Assembly (NCBI GenBank): GCA_951406725.2
Contig: OX597842.1
Location: forward strand, 15,748,001 to 15,812,000
Source: Octopus vulgaris
Lineage: Eukaryota
Reading direction: 5' to 3'
DNA: 64,000 nt
This document shows positions 28,270-43,779 of this stretch, in pieces (within the stretch, counting starts at the first letter, position 1; each line of letters begins with the position of its first letter). Both the position numbers and the translations under genes were made by a program. The notes under the pieces are model-generated. The model was not told the origin of the DNA. It did no database searches and worked only from the letters and a program-made list of their open reading frames with translations.

Positions 28270-29018
28270 ATATATATGTATATATGTCTGTAATTCCTTG
28301 GTGATCTAAAGGAATAGATACGCTGACAAATGCTATATTCGATTATCCGTTACGTTCCAATTTCACATCTGAGGCTGGAGCTAGGGATGCGTGTTAGGCG
28401 TCTGAGTTAGCTGGTCTATATTAATTAGAAGAAAAAGGACAACACAAATCAAGGCAGCGAGGGTATCTCAAGTACTTCATCGAAGTGCGAACTTACGTCC
28501 CTACCCTCTGGAAAAGGATGTGCTGTGAACATTATACTCCTCTCTGTATTCTTCTATCTACTGATATTCTTCTATTTCCCATTTCATGACTTTTAACTTG
28601 TGAAATTCCCTGTCTAGAAGTTTCACAATTAGTCGTATAGTCTCTGATGTTGGAATACTCAGATGCACGCACATGCTAGCCTATAACTTGGGATATTCTA
28701 GAAACGACTGGAGGACTTCAAATTAAATATTGTAAATGACTTGAGATATTCTTCCTGCCTTCGATTTATATTCTCCGTTTCCCTTTAATTAATATACAAA
28801 TACACACATACACATATATGTATATGTATATATATATTTGTATATATATATATATAAATGTATATATATATATATACATATATGTATACAGACAGACAGA
28901 CAGACAGTCAGATATATATATATATATATATACATATGTGTCATCATCATCATCATCATCATCAACGTTCAACGTCCGTTTTCCGTGCTAGCAAATCATA
29001 TGTATGTGTATATATGTA

Positions 29019-29096
<78 letters not shown>

Positions 29097-29160
29097 ATGT
29101 ATATATATATAGAGAGAGTTCATATATACATATATATATATATATATGTATATATAGATA

Positions 29161-29192
<32 letters not shown>

Positions 29193-29245
29193 GCGAATAA
29201 CTTAGCATATAAGAGTTGAGAAAGAATAATTCGAAGGCTTCACAC

Positions 29246-29840
29246 CAGGGTTGCCAATTTAGCATATTTATGATAGATCTAGCATTATTTTTTCACCATT
29301 TGGCAGAAAGATTTTGAATTCAGCATTTAGCAGGAAAAATAGAAGATTTAAAATTTTATTTAGAATTTTTCTCTGATCATGACATTATCTCAATAGTTAC
29401 CCTTTTTTCATCTTTTTCTTCGTTTTCTACTTTCGTTAATTTATCTTATAGCCAAATTTTAGTAAAAACGGCTATTATTGAATTTTTGTTTTCACTTTCT
29501 TGAAGCTTCAAATGAAAGTTTTTCATAAGGATCTTTATCAAGTTATGAACTTTTCCAGCTCCTCCGCCTCCACCGGTGGTACATACATATTTCAGAATAT
29601 TATCTTTAGAAATACGTGGTATAGATGGCATTGAAGATGTTTTAAAAATTTAATTAGTGAAAACGAAATTAGATATAAAACTTTTACTGGCTATAGGAAC
29701 CAACTAGGCTAGAGTAATGATAGGAATCAACAATGGTGTTTTCCAGAAATTAAAAGAAGTTCCATCATTACTTCTATTTAGAAGGTTATGTCATTCTTTA
29801 CAGTTGGCAGTATCCCACACTTGTACTGAAATTTAGCATA
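29246..29840 (+). mobile_element. hAT-type DNA transposon fragment with probable left terminus
   Basis: Begins CAGGGTTGCCA (TIR-like), then the same transposase remnant as 11978-12415. Confidence 0.65.
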
Positions 29841-30951
29841 AAATTATGATTTTAAGTTGGTTCGACTGGTTCAAACAAATACGGTATTCAGTTTCATAGA
29901 GTAAAACAATTCACATTGCTGCAGCAATAAGCTTCAGGGTCACTGACTCAAACAAATGAGAGAACAAAATGCTATGATGATGATGTTGATCACCAGCATC
30001 ATCATCATCATCATCATCATCATCGTCGTAGTCGTCGTCGTCGTCGTCATGATTGTAACGTCCCTCAGTTCATAATGCTTGGGTCGAACGGTGTTCATTG
30101 TTCAGATATTCTACACACGAATCCCTTTCCTCTCGCTAGCCATCGCCTCTTTCCGAGAAAGATACAACATTGTCAAAGATGGACATATTTTAAACAGGCA
30201 GTTAAAGATGAATCTCATCTCTTGTGTGATGGTGAGGCTCGTTTATGACAGTTCCGAGATGAAAAGATGGGGAAAACACAAATAAAAATGCATTCATATA
30301 CACATAAATATAATAATATAAATATATATGTGTGTACTTTTATATACACACACATTCATACACACCGGAATAGATGTCCGGCAGAATAGGGATGGATGAC
30401 CATAGAAGGGTTTGTAACCAAACTTTGGCATTGAAATCTCTACAAATACCCGAATAGGGCGCAACTGCATAGTGACAAAGTGGTCACATTCGTATATACA
30501 CACAAAGATATTCATACACACACACGACTATGTGTATGAGTTTGTGTTTGTGTGCGAGTAAGTGTGAGGCGGATATTTCTTGGGTGTAACCAGGATGTTA
30601 AGCAGAAAAGTCACTAATGTCATTTTCATTTGCTCTCAAATGCAATAAAGTTTACAAAGGTTTATATAGTGTATGATTTTATACAATTATATAATGCCTA
30701 CGCATATGTATGTACGAACACACACGCACACGCACGTGTTTGCGAATGTGTGTGCGTTTATATGTGTCTATATGTGGGATAGACACCATATTCATAAAAT
30801 ACAAAAGATATTCACAATTGTGCAATGAATTATGTCTCCAAATTGTCGAAATGCCCAAGCATATATTCTATTCAACAACGAGTGTTGCAGTAGGAGTTGA
30901 GGCGTGAATGCAAAAGGATTATATATCATAATCATCATAATCACTGCGACA

Positions 30952-31018
<67 letters not shown>

Positions 31019-31136
31019 GTGTGTGTGTTATATATACATATATATATATATATACATTATATATATATATGTGTGTGTGTGTGGTAGGAGTTGAGACGTG
31101 AATGCAAAAAGGTAATATATTATAATCATTGCGACA

Positions 31137-31183
<47 letters not shown>

Positions 31184-31295
31184 CGTGATCACGTGACCGA
31201 CCAGACCATCAGATGTTGTTACACATCGCTAGTCACAATGCGTTCGCATTGTTTTAGCCTTCGAATGACGCCACTCCGCTGGCTAAGCGAGCAGG

Positions 31296-31357
<62 letters not shown>

Positions 31358-31563
31358 CCTACATTACGTCGAACCATTGATCCCTACCCATATATTTATC
31401 CCCGTCCCTTTCTTTTCGTTCTCTCTCCATTTACTTCTCTCAACCTTTTCTGTCGGAGAGCGTAGGCTCGACACGTCATAGGTTTTTCAATTTTTCCCAA
31501 ATTAAAACATTTGATTGTTCTTCCCTCACCTTCTTTCGACTTTTGTTTCATGTAAATGTGAAC

Positions 31564-31608
<45 letters not shown>

Positions 31609-31712
31609 GTATGGATGTATGTATGTATGCATGTAGGTATGTAGATATGTATGTATATATTTATACTGCATGTTTCATCTGCAAAAAAATAAGCACATAT
31701 ACACACATACAC

Positions 31713-31788
<76 letters not shown>

Positions 31789-32294
31789 GTGCGTGACACT
31801 GAACGTAGCTCGAATATCTGGAAATTTCCCCATGTCGAATTATTAGTTTTCCCCACAGGGTGTATATACTTCCGGTACAATGGTCATGGGATTAGGATGC
31901 TGAAGAAATGAAGTGCAAAACGGATTCCTCAACCCGAACCAATCGACAGGCTCTATAGGGGTAGACCAACAACGAGTTGTTTGGAGAATATTAGTTTGCC
32001 AATCGAGGGAATCCAGTCGGAAAGTGTAATGGCGGTGCCTTCTGATTGGAACGTGTGGAGGAGATAACTCAGGACTCTACACACACGACCCTACCAGGAA
32101 TATTGGACATAGACTGATAGTTGCATATATACAGGTGTACAAATGTATTTGTGTGTGTGTGCGATTGTGCGTTATGTAATTAAATGAGGCAGCTAGTTAG
32201 CAGAGTGTCACCTAAAAGGAAAACAAAATCGTTATTTAATATGACTGAAGGTGTTACAACACCTAAACTGCTATAAATAAGAGATAAATGGCTA

Positions 32295-33145
<851 letters not shown>

Positions 33146-33164
33146 CAAAGCAGCAACACAAAGC

Positions 33165-34570
33165 AGCTACTCGAAAGCACCAGCCAGACTGCAAAGATTA
33201 CTGTTAAGGCTTCAAACATACGACTACGATATCAGGAAAAGTCCTGATATTGGCGGATGCTCTTTCCAGACTATCCTCACATGATAAACAGGAGATGGAA
33301 GGACTAAGCATAAGGGTCCACCACATTGTAAACATAACAACTACAAAGCTAGCTGAAAACAAAGAGGAGACCAGCAAAGATGAAGAACACCAGCTCCTTA
33401 CTCAGATGGTGATTCAGGGGTGGCCAGAAAAGAGACGTCAGGTACAGCCCCTCATTCGTGAATATTGGGCCATCCATGAAGATATATCAGTGGAGAATGG
33501 AATCCTGATGGCTGGATCTCCAATAATTATACCCAAGTCAATGCAAAAAGCGATTCTTGAAAAGATCCACCAAGGGCATCTAGGAATGTAGAAATGCAAG
33601 CTCCGAGCCAAGTCAGCAGTATATTGGGTAGGCATGTACAAAGATTTAGAAAAGACAGTTTCTACATGCCACATCAGTCAAAAGTACAGAAACTCACAAC
33701 AAAAGGAGGAAATGATATCTAGTGACATCCCAAGAAGGCCATGGCAAACTAATGGCGTAGATCTGTTCACGGAAAGCCAAGAATGCTACTACTCCAAATT
33801 TCCATTTGTGAGAAAAGTGAAAGACCTGAGAGCCAAAACAATCACTACAGTGGCTCGAGGACTTCTAGCAGAGCAAGGAATACCAGAGTAGATCATATGT
33901 GACAATGGAACCCAGTTCACATCGCAAGAATTCAAAAAGCTAGCCGATGAGTATGGGTTCAATATTACAACCTCATCTCCACACTACTCCAAGGATCATG
34001 GGTTTATAGAAAGACAGGTGCAGACAGTAAAGAGAACACTAGTCAAATGCCGAGAGACTAAGGAAGACCCACACCTGGCACTTCTGTCCCTACGAGCGAC
34101 CCACTCATAGCTGACATGAAATCCCCAGCAGAATTGCAGAGTGGCAGGAAGTACAAAACTACCCTGCCAACCAAGATCCAACCTCCTATTGACCAGGAAG
34201 AGACAAGGGCAAAGCTAGCTGCCACTCAAGAACAATCACAGAAATATTACAACAAACATGCACAATACTTACCTGAGATACTTGGAGGACAACATGTGCA
34301 TACTCAAGATGCCATAACTAAAACATGGATCCCAGCACAGGTTGTCAGTAGAGCTGAAAACCCAAGACCGTATATAATAGAAACGGAATCTGGTAGGCAG
34401 CTGAGACGCAAAAGGGCCCACATCCGCCCAACACCAAAGCTGTCGAGGACAACGTGTACAACACCTTTTGCATCGGTGACAACACCCACAGAATCAACAC
34501 CCCAACGGGCACCAACCACCCATCAGCAGCCCAACAACACACCTCAGACACCGGTACCACATCCTCGCAG
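33165..34570 (+). mobile_element. Gypsy pol fragment with integrase core (degenerate)
   Basis: LADALSRL, HQGHLGM*KC, PWQTNGVDLF, YYSKFP, GIPE*IICDNGTQF, HGFIERQVQTVK; several in-frame stops. Confidence 0.92.
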
Positions 34571-34690
34571 TGTTTTCATTTTTGTGTTTGTTGTTCTTTT
34601 TTGGATTTTCTTTTCTTATTGCCTGCTATTTATACAGGCACAAGAAATGCATGAACATACACACTACTTGTCTTTATACTTCTCTGTCTG

Positions 34691-34800
<110 letters not shown>

Positions 34801-34849
34801 CATCTATCTATCCATCTATCCATCCCTCATCTATCTATCTATCTATCTT

Positions 34850-34988
<139 letters not shown>

Positions 34989-35197
34989 CTCTCTCTGTCT
35001 ATCTGTCTATGTACCTACCTTCCTAACTATCTCTCTCCGGATATATATAATTGTGTGTGTGTGTGTGTGAGTAGAGAGAGAGAAAGATTGAGAGAGAGAG
35101 ACATACAGATAGAAATAATTATAGATAATAATAATAACAACAACAGCAACAACACCACCACGAACAACAATAACAATATTCATAGTTTAGGATAATC

Positions 35198-35265
<68 letters not shown>

Positions 35266-35969
35266 TTCAAAACGTAACCACATGTGAATCGTTAGCGATT
35301 CTATTCCTCTGTCTTCCTTTCTATTAAACTTTCTTCTGTTTCTGAAGAAAAATCGTTGCTCGAAACGTTAAACCATATGTAGTACTTCTTGTAGTAGTCC
35401 GTCCGCTTTGGTCCTCCCGTGAGTCCCACCTCTCACCTGTGGTTCATCAATGCTATCTGCATGCAACAGTATCCACACCCAGGCTCACGGCTTCCACAGG
35501 CTGGCTAAACGATGGTAAGGGTAGCACACGGCCTTTAACCATTGGTGGACTAGGGCTTGTCTATCTAAGGATGTTAACCGGTGGAGTGTGCTAAGGAAAC
35601 CAATAGATAGGCTCAACGGACTCGCAAACTTTGTGGAGGGGGAACTGCAGCCTGTCTGTAGATTTCTTCACTTCATCCTTCCACTGGAATCACAGAGGAA
35701 GGGACGAGAGAGCAAGCCAGATGCTCTTGTGCAACATTCCCTCACTTTAATCCATGTCACGCTCAGTTCAAGTGTCAGGTAAAATATTGGGTTGGTGCAT
35801 AATTATTGCGGCAATTTTTCAACAAATATTATTCAACAAAAACAATAAAAATATTTATCAAAGACATATTTACTGTTATTTCTAGCATCACGTAGGACCA
35901 CCAATTGGATAATATTCCTCTGGATGCTTCTTAAAGTCTCCTTCAATCCTTCATGAAAAGCAATACTCT

Positions 35970-36369
35970 TTTTACTTGTTTCAGTCATTTGACTGCGGCC
36001 ATACTGGAGCACCGCCTTTAGTCGAGCAAATCGACCCCGGGACTTATTCTTTGTAAGCCCAGTACTTATTCTATCGGTCTCTTTTGCCGAACCGCTAAGT
36101 TACGGGGATGTAAACACACCAGCATCGGTTGTCAAGCAATGCTAGGGGAACAAACACAGACACACAAACATATTCACACACACTTATATATATATATACA
36201 TATATACGAGAGGCTTCTTTCAGTTTCCGTCTACCAAATCCACTCACAAGGCATTGGTCGGCCCGGGGCTATAGCAGTAGACACTTGACCAAGATGCTAC
36301 GCAGTGGGACTGAACCCGGAACCATGTGGTTGGTTAGCAAGCTACTTACCAAACAGCCACTCCTGCGCC
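35970..36369 (-). mobile_element. tRNA-derived SINE (paralogue of 17631-18031)
   Basis: Same sequence and flanks. Confidence 0.9.
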
Positions 36370-36579
36370 TATACAAAATATAAACTATTATTTTTAGCAT
36401 ATTACCCGACCACCTGTAGGACAATATATTTGATCGACGCCTCCTCAAGTGTTCTGCTTTTATAAAAAAAAACATTTGGAATTTCAACGTGTTTACTTGC
36501 TGTTTCACGAATGATGCGAGACAATAGACAGGTGAGATTCTTTTATAAAAGTCGGAATGGTTTTGGGAAGGAAACAATG

Positions 36580-37445
36580 AGATTAAGGGAAAGAAAGAGA
36601 ATGAGAGAGTGAGTAAAAAGAAGGAAAGAATGAAAGAGAGTGAGAGAGAGAGAAAGGAAGAAGAAAAGAGAAAAAAGAAGGATTGAAAGAAAAGAGGAAG
36701 GAAAGAATAAAGTAACATGATTCTGTAATAATGCATGAAATGAGAGCGGGGGTGAGAAGGAAAGAAAGAAAGGGAGAAGGAATGAAGGAAAAAAGAAGGA
36801 AAAAAGAAAGAAAGAAAGAAAGATGGAAAATGAAGGAAAGAAGGAGAGAAAGATAAGAGCAGGCCGAGAGGGAAAGGAGAGAGTAAAAGGAGAAAAGGAA
36901 AGGAAACGTAACAAGGACAATAAAAGGAAGGAAGAAGAGAAAAGAAGCAAAGGAGAAGGAAAGATAAGAGCGATGAACGAAAAAAAGAATGAAGGTTAAG
37001 AAGAAGGAAATGAAAAACAGAAAGAAAACCAAAGAAATAACGAAAATGAATGAATGAAAGAAAGAAAGAAAGAATGAGAAATGAAGGATGAAGGAAGAAA
37101 GAAAGACGAAAGACAGAACGGAAAGAAAGAAAGAAACAAAAAAAAGAAGGAAAGAATGAGAGAAATGAAGGAAGGAAAAAAGAAGGAAGAAAGAAAGAAA
37201 GAAAGAGAAAGGAAAGAAAAAGATAGAAAGAAGAAAGAAAAAGAAAGAAAAACAGAAAGTAAAAGGAAAGAAGGAAAGAAAAAAAAGGAAAAAAGGAAGA
37301 AAAAGAAAGGAAAGAAAGAAAGAAGAAAGAAAGGAAAGAAAGGAGAAAGAAAGAAAGAATGAAGAAAATTAAGAAAATAAAGAAAGGAAGGGAGGAAGGA
37401 AGGAAGGAAGGAGGGAAGAAAGAAAGAAAGAAAGAAAGAATGAAA

Positions 37446-37476
<31 letters not shown>

Positions 37477-37845
37477 GGAAAGGAATGATGGAAAAAGAAG
37501 GAAAAAAGAAAGAAAGAAAGAAAGGAAATAAAGGAAAGAAATAGAGAAAGATAAGAGCAGGGCGAGAGGGAGAGAGAGTAAAGGAGAAAAGAAACGAAAC
37601 GAAACAATAAAATAAGGAAGAAAAAGAAAAGAACCAAAGGAGAAGGAAAGATAAGAGCAAGGAAAGAAAAAAGAATGAGGGGTAAGAAAGAAGGAAATGA
37701 AAAACAGAAAGAAAACCAAAGAAATAACGAAAATGAATGAATGAAAGAAAGATAGAATGAGAGAAGAAGGATGAAAGAAAGACAGAAAGGAAAGAAAGAA
37801 AGTAAGTAGAAAGAAAGAAAGAAAGGAAAGAATGAGAGAAATGAA

Positions 37846-37887
<42 letters not shown>

Positions 37888-39300
37888 GAAAGGAAAGAAA
37901 AAGAAAGAAGATAGGAAGAAAGGAAGAAAGAAAGTAAAAGGAAAGAAAGAAAGAAAAAAGAAAGGAAGAAAGAAAGAAGAAAGAAAGAAAGAATGAAGAA
38001 AGAAAAGAAAATTAAGAAAATAAAGAAAAGAAAGGAGGAAGGAAGGAAGGAGGGAAGAAAGAAAGGAAGGAAAGAAAGAAAGAACGAAGAAAGGAAAGAA
38101 AGAAAGAAAGGAAAGAAGGAAAGAAGGAAAGAATGTGAGAGATGAAGGAAGGAAGAAAAAGGAAGAAACAAAGAAAGAAAAAAGAAAGAAAGAAAGAAAG
38201 AAGAGAAAGAAAAAACAAAGAAAGAAAAAGAAAGAGAAGGAAAGGAAAAGGAAAGAAAGAAAGAAGAAAGTAAGGAAGAATGAAACAAAGAAAGAAAGGA
38301 AGTTCAAGAAAGAAAGAAAAAGAAAGATAGAAAGAAAAAAGAAAGAGAGAAAAAATGAAAGACAGAAAAAGAAAAAGAAAGAAAGGAAAAGGAAAGAAAG
38401 AAGGAAAGGAAGTAAGAAAGGAAGAGAAGGAAAGGAAAGAAAGAAACAAAGAATGCAAAAGAAAGAAAGAAAATAGAAAGAAATTAAAGGGAAACAAAAA
38501 GAAAGAAAGACTGAGAGAGATAGAGAGGAAGGCGACGTAATTCTGTAAAAATGATGAGAAGAAAGAGGGAGAGGAAGGGAAAGAGAGAGAGGGGGAGGAG
38601 GAGGGATTAGAGAAATTAATGTTAAGAAGAGAGGAGGAGTATGAGATGAGAGACAAAGAGTAAAAAGGCGGAGCTTTAATATATAATAAGGTAATAGAGA
38701 GAGGGAGAGGGAAAGAGGGAGAAAGAGAGACAGACAAACAGAGACACGGAGACAGAGAGAGAGACATAAGAAGCGAGAGGGAGAAAGAGAGAGACTGAAA
38801 TAGAGAAATGAAGGGAGAAAAGAGAGAGAAAGACAGACATAGAGAAAGAGAGGGAGATGGAAAGGGAGGAGAAAGGGAGGGAAAGAATGAGGTAAGAGAA
38901 TGAGAGAATATTTTGTAAGGAGGTGGAGGGAGAGAGAGAATGATACATAGGTTTAGAAAGAGAGGGAGAGTGTGACGTGGGGCGGAGCGCAAAAGAGGTA
39001 GAGGGATAGTATGAGATATGAGGTGGTAAAAAGGAGGGAGAGAGACAAAAAGTGAGGGAGGGGGAAGGAAACAGAGATGATGTATGAGATATATGCTTTG
39101 TGAGGGAGGGAGAGTAAGAGTTGAGAGAAAATGAGGGATGAGGGAGGCGGGGTTAAACAATAACATAAATAAGTGACAGAGAGAGGAGTAGAGAAGGAGA
39201 GGGAATGATGTGTGTGATAAGAGAGGGAGTCTATGAGGTATTAGAGAAAGGAAGAGGGGAAGGATGAGGTATTAATACAGAATGAGGAAGGAGAGAGAAG
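36580..39300 (+). repeat. ~2.7 kb polypurine tract with internal duplication
   Basis: Block gagaaagataagagcagg..gaaaaccaaagaaataacgaaaatgaatg occurs twice (about 36845 and 37545) vs once in copy 1. Confidence 0.9.
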
Positions 39301-40899
39301 AGTTTCGAAGTGTCCTTCATTTTCATATGAAACACAAAACCAAACTTGAACATACTTGGCTGTTATTTCTAGCATCACATTTGATCCCCAACTGGACTAT
39401 ATTTCCTCAGAAGCTCCATAAAGTGTCTTTCATGTAAAGAATAGTGTGATGAGTTGTTATTTCTAGCAAGATAACAGACCACCAATACGTTTTATAGACG
39501 CTTCTTCACTTGATTTCTCATTCGAGGAAGACGTCTGACCAGATCCGGGAAAAAGTTTTATAAATGCTTCTTAAATTCTCTTTCAATTTCGTATGAAAAA
39601 CAAAGCAACTTTGAGTGTAGTGGGCTGTTATTTCTAGCATGATGTCAAACCACCAATACGTTTGATAGACGCTTCTTCACTTTGTTTCTCATTCGAGGAA
39701 GAAGTCTGGCCAGATCCGGGAAAAAGTTTTATAAATGCTTCTTAAATTGTCTTTCAATTTCGTATGAAAAACAAAGCAGCTTTGGGTGTGGTGGGCTGTT
39801 ATTTCTAGCATGATGTCAAACCACGTGTAGGACGATTCTTTGAATAAATGCTTCTTAAATTGTCCCTCAATGCCTCGACTATTTAATTTTCTCAATTAAG
39901 AACTACACAGTAATTATGTAATTAATCGTTAGTTAAATAATTAGCTTCTGGTCAAATAATTAGCGAGAGAGAAATTTGAAGGTAAATCTGAAAATATAAT
40001 TTATTTGTAAGAAAATAAGGTTTCTTAGGAATAAAAGGAGAGGAAGAGGGAGAGGGTAAGATATAAGGAGGTGGGGGAGATAGAGAGAGAAAGAAAGGAA
40101 GAAAGAGTGAAAGAGAGAGAGAGAGAAAGGAAGAGGGAAAGAGAGATAGGGAAATCTAGGGAAGGGGAGGGATATGTTAATGTATGAAATGGCAGAGAAA
40201 GAAAGAGAAAGAGTGTGTGTGAGAGAGAGAGAGAGAGAGGGGGAATTGATATATATACGTTTAGGAAGTGAGGGAGAGGATGAGGTGAACGATATAGCAA
40301 GGGAGGCGGGGGTGGTTAAAATGAATATATAATGAAGTTCTGAGAGAAAGGAGACAAAGAGGGAGAAGTGGGAGGATATGTTTTGTAGGGGAGGGAGAAA
40401 GAGTATGAAAATACATAATGGGTTTAGTGAGGTACAGACAGAGGGAATTAAGACTAAAAGCAAGGGAGGGGGAAGCATTGAGTAATATATGAGGAGGTGG
40501 GAGACTGATGCGAAGAGAAAGAGACAGACAAAGAGGGAGAGCGAGCTTATTGGACGATATATATTTAGTAAAAGGGGAAGGGTATGAGTTAATAAACAAA
40601 GCAAAATGGGCGGAGTCATTCTACATTATACAATGTGGTGGGAGGTGTCAATGCGTAAGAACAATAACTCTTATTGAATCCCTTTTCGCTTTAAATTGTA
40701 TTTTTTTTCTTGCGCAGAATTTGAAGATTTCCAAAAATGATTTAATGTAAATAATAGATCGAAGTGTTTATAACGCAATATCAATAAATATCGAACACTT
40801 TTCTATATCACTGATTCGTTTTCGTTTCGCTTCTTTTAATATAGCAATTCTTACCCTTTAATTTCCTCCTCGTAATCTTCACACTGCACCTATTATTAA

Positions 40900-41275
40900 A
40901 ATACTCTGTAAAGCAATGGAATTGTTTAGGGAGGTGATTCTATGCACAACAATAACAACAACAACAATTGAACATTTGAAAGTTTATATTTATTTCAGAA
41001 TGTAATTTCTGGTTACAAGGGAGCCAAACCAGTAAAGTGGTCTCTCTTTGGTTGACAGATCTGCTAGAAATAATAACCAAATTTACCAAATTCACACTTC
41101 ATCATCTTAAGGTAGGACAAGTGGGACAATGTGGTTCTGAGTTTTCTACATTAGCAATAAAGACAGGATGGTCCCGGCTGGGAGACATTTAATCATAGAT
41201 CATTGTTTGGTCAAGGCTGATCTGGGATTAAACAACATTTACAAAATAATTCACTCTTCAAGTAATGATAGACAT
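40900..41275 (-). pseudogene. Remnant of a paralogous ankyrin/death-domain gene: last codons plus 3'UTR-like region
   Basis: 41275-41251 reads CLSLLEE* vs CLSLDKN* of the intact gene; 40900-41240 aligns with 46370-46710. Confidence 0.7.
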
Positions 41276-41990
41276 GCGGTGAATGAAATATTGTATGCGT
41301 CTCTTCAACTCTGTAGGCTCGCACATGCGTGACACATTTCTCATTATTCTGACGAGGTCTGCCATCAAAATATTGAATTTGGCATTGTCCATGATGGCTG
41401 AGTTCCGGTGGGTCAACTATTTGGAGGCCATAGGTTTGGCATAGTACGAATGAAGGATTTGGGTTTTATTATTCACAATTTTTAGCCAGAGTTCAGTTTC
41501 TAGTACTGGTAGTCTATGGTTGGGGTGTTTTGTGTGGTAGTCTATTGTGACCTTAATACTCTGGTCGATGGAGTTAGCTATTTGCTGGATGCTCTCCATA
41601 GTATTAGTTTCTATTACTATATCAACAGTACTCTCTTGTGGGGGTGCCTTTACCACTATGTTGATATCATCAACATAGCGAGAGTACATGTTTACGAGTA
41701 TGGAGTTCTGTGTCAGCCGTTCCTTAAGCCTTCTGTCCCACCATACCATGAAAAGTTTGGCCACATCACCGGCGATACTAACGCCGATTGCTGCCCCCTC
41801 ATCCTGGGCATATATTTTATTGTTAAACTTAAATGTGTGGCCTTTTAGGGTAACGCTTATACTAGCTCCTAGTGCATGTGCGATCATTTTCTTTACCTGA
41901 TAGACATAGATAGTATGGATCTGGTCTCTCCGCTCCATCTCTCTCTATGGGTCTTCCTAGTCATAGAATTACCTACGCCCCACAAGCGGG
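41276..41990 (-). mobile_element. Penelope-like reverse transcriptase fragment
   Basis: FKFNNKIYAQDEGAAIG, LFMVWWD, RYVDDI, LPVLET, HSYYAKPMAS. Confidence 0.88.
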
Positions 41991-42726
41991 CCTACAAAAT
42001 TATCAGAAGGCCCACTTGTATGATATCCTTCTACAGGATACCTCAAAGACAGGTGACAATGACTTCATCTTTGTGGCTGGAGATTTTAATGGGCATGACG
42101 GACGGTAATCTGGTGTTTTCCATGGTGTTCATGGGGATCCATGGAATTGGTTACAGAAACAAAGAGGGAACTAGGCTATTGGAGTTCCGTGATGCTAGCA
42201 ACCAACTGATCTGCAACACCAACATCAGGAAGCCAAGCAGCCACCTGATAACCTATCAATCATGCGACTCTGCTAGCCCGATTGATTTCATCCTCCCCAG
42301 ACAGCGGAATGCATGGTTGCTGTTAAATACAAATGCTCTGCTTGGTGAAGAATGTACTCCCCAGCATAGGCTAGTCATCAGTGACCTTCGATTCGAGGCC
42401 ACATGGATGCCAAGAAGCAGACCAATCCAGAAAAGAAGGATTTGGAAGCTTAAGAACCCTTCTTATGGTCAGAGATTTAGGGACATCCTCATTCAGAAAT
42501 TTAATGAGAGGGAAGAGAAGCTACAGATTTGTGACATAGAGGGTAACTGGAAATTCCTGCGTGACAGCTTACTGAGCACCACAGATCTAAAATCTGTGAC
42601 TGCAAAGTCCCTTCCAGATCTAGGGTAACGTGGTGCTGGAATAATACGGTAGACAAGACCATCAGAGCAATGAAATAGTCTTGGGAAACCTGGAAGAATA
42701 GCGATAGGGAGACTAGGAGACAGGTT

Positions 42727-42797
<71 letters not shown>

Positions 42798-43330
42798 AAG
42801 GGAGAAGCAGAAAATAGGTTTGCCAATGTTCAGCGATGTGAGGACCAAATAACCGAAGTATTTCGGATTAAAAGAAAGTATGCGAGAGAGAATTGTGATG
42901 TCACAGGACAGACATGTGTTCGCGTGGATGATGGTGCACTTCAGTTTAATGAATCTGCAAAGAAAGAGGCTTGGAGATGCCACTATGAAAGACTGATGAA
43001 TGTGGAGAATGAATGAGAGGATGGGAGCCTGCCAAATGTTGACCCAGTTGAGGGAGCAGCTACCAAAATCTATAGCAATCTGGTAGATAAAGCAATTAAG
43101 GATATTGAAGTTAGGGAAAGCCATCCGTCCATCAGGAATCACTGCTGAAATACTTAAAATATCTGGTGATGTGGGTTATAGTCTAGTCACCCGTATTGTA
43201 AATCAGGTGGTACACGAAGGAGTCACACCCAATGACTGGAGAAGCAGCCGAATAGTCAACTGCTACAAAGGTAAAGGTGATGCTTTAGATAGAAGTAACT
43301 ACAAAGGTAGCAAATTGCTGGATCAGGTGT
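41991..43330 (+). mobile_element. RTE-clade LINE fragment (endonuclease to start of RT), split by (TA)n
   Basis: GIGYRNKEGTRLLEF, ICNT, LITY, IDFIL, PQHRLVISD, KAIRPSGITAEILK, YKGKGDALDRSNYKG. Confidence 0.88.
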
Positions 43331-43779
43331 ATAATGATCAACGTTAATGATCATTATACTTATATTCTTAGAGATTTGATTTTTAATTCTTTTAATCCAT
43401 AACAATGTTATTCTGACCTGAGACATTCAGGGTACGTACCTAAAAATCATATCATGACAGACATCTGGCTACATAACAACAACAACTACAACAACAACAA
43501 CAACAACAATATCATATCAGAAAACTTAGGAAAGACCTTAGTAGTAAAAGAAACAAAAGTTTTCCCGTTTACTCACCTGTTTACAAATAAACAACGAAAT
43601 ATTTTATTTCTCTGTCCTAAAAGACATCATTAACTCTATTGTGTCTTCTTATTTATCCATTTTACCAACCACGTTAACCTGGATTTTATGAAATTTCAGT
43701 GGAATATTTAATAGAATCATATTAGAGCTAATCTCTCAAATAGAAATTCAGAACGGAACCAGATCTGACAATTCTGAAA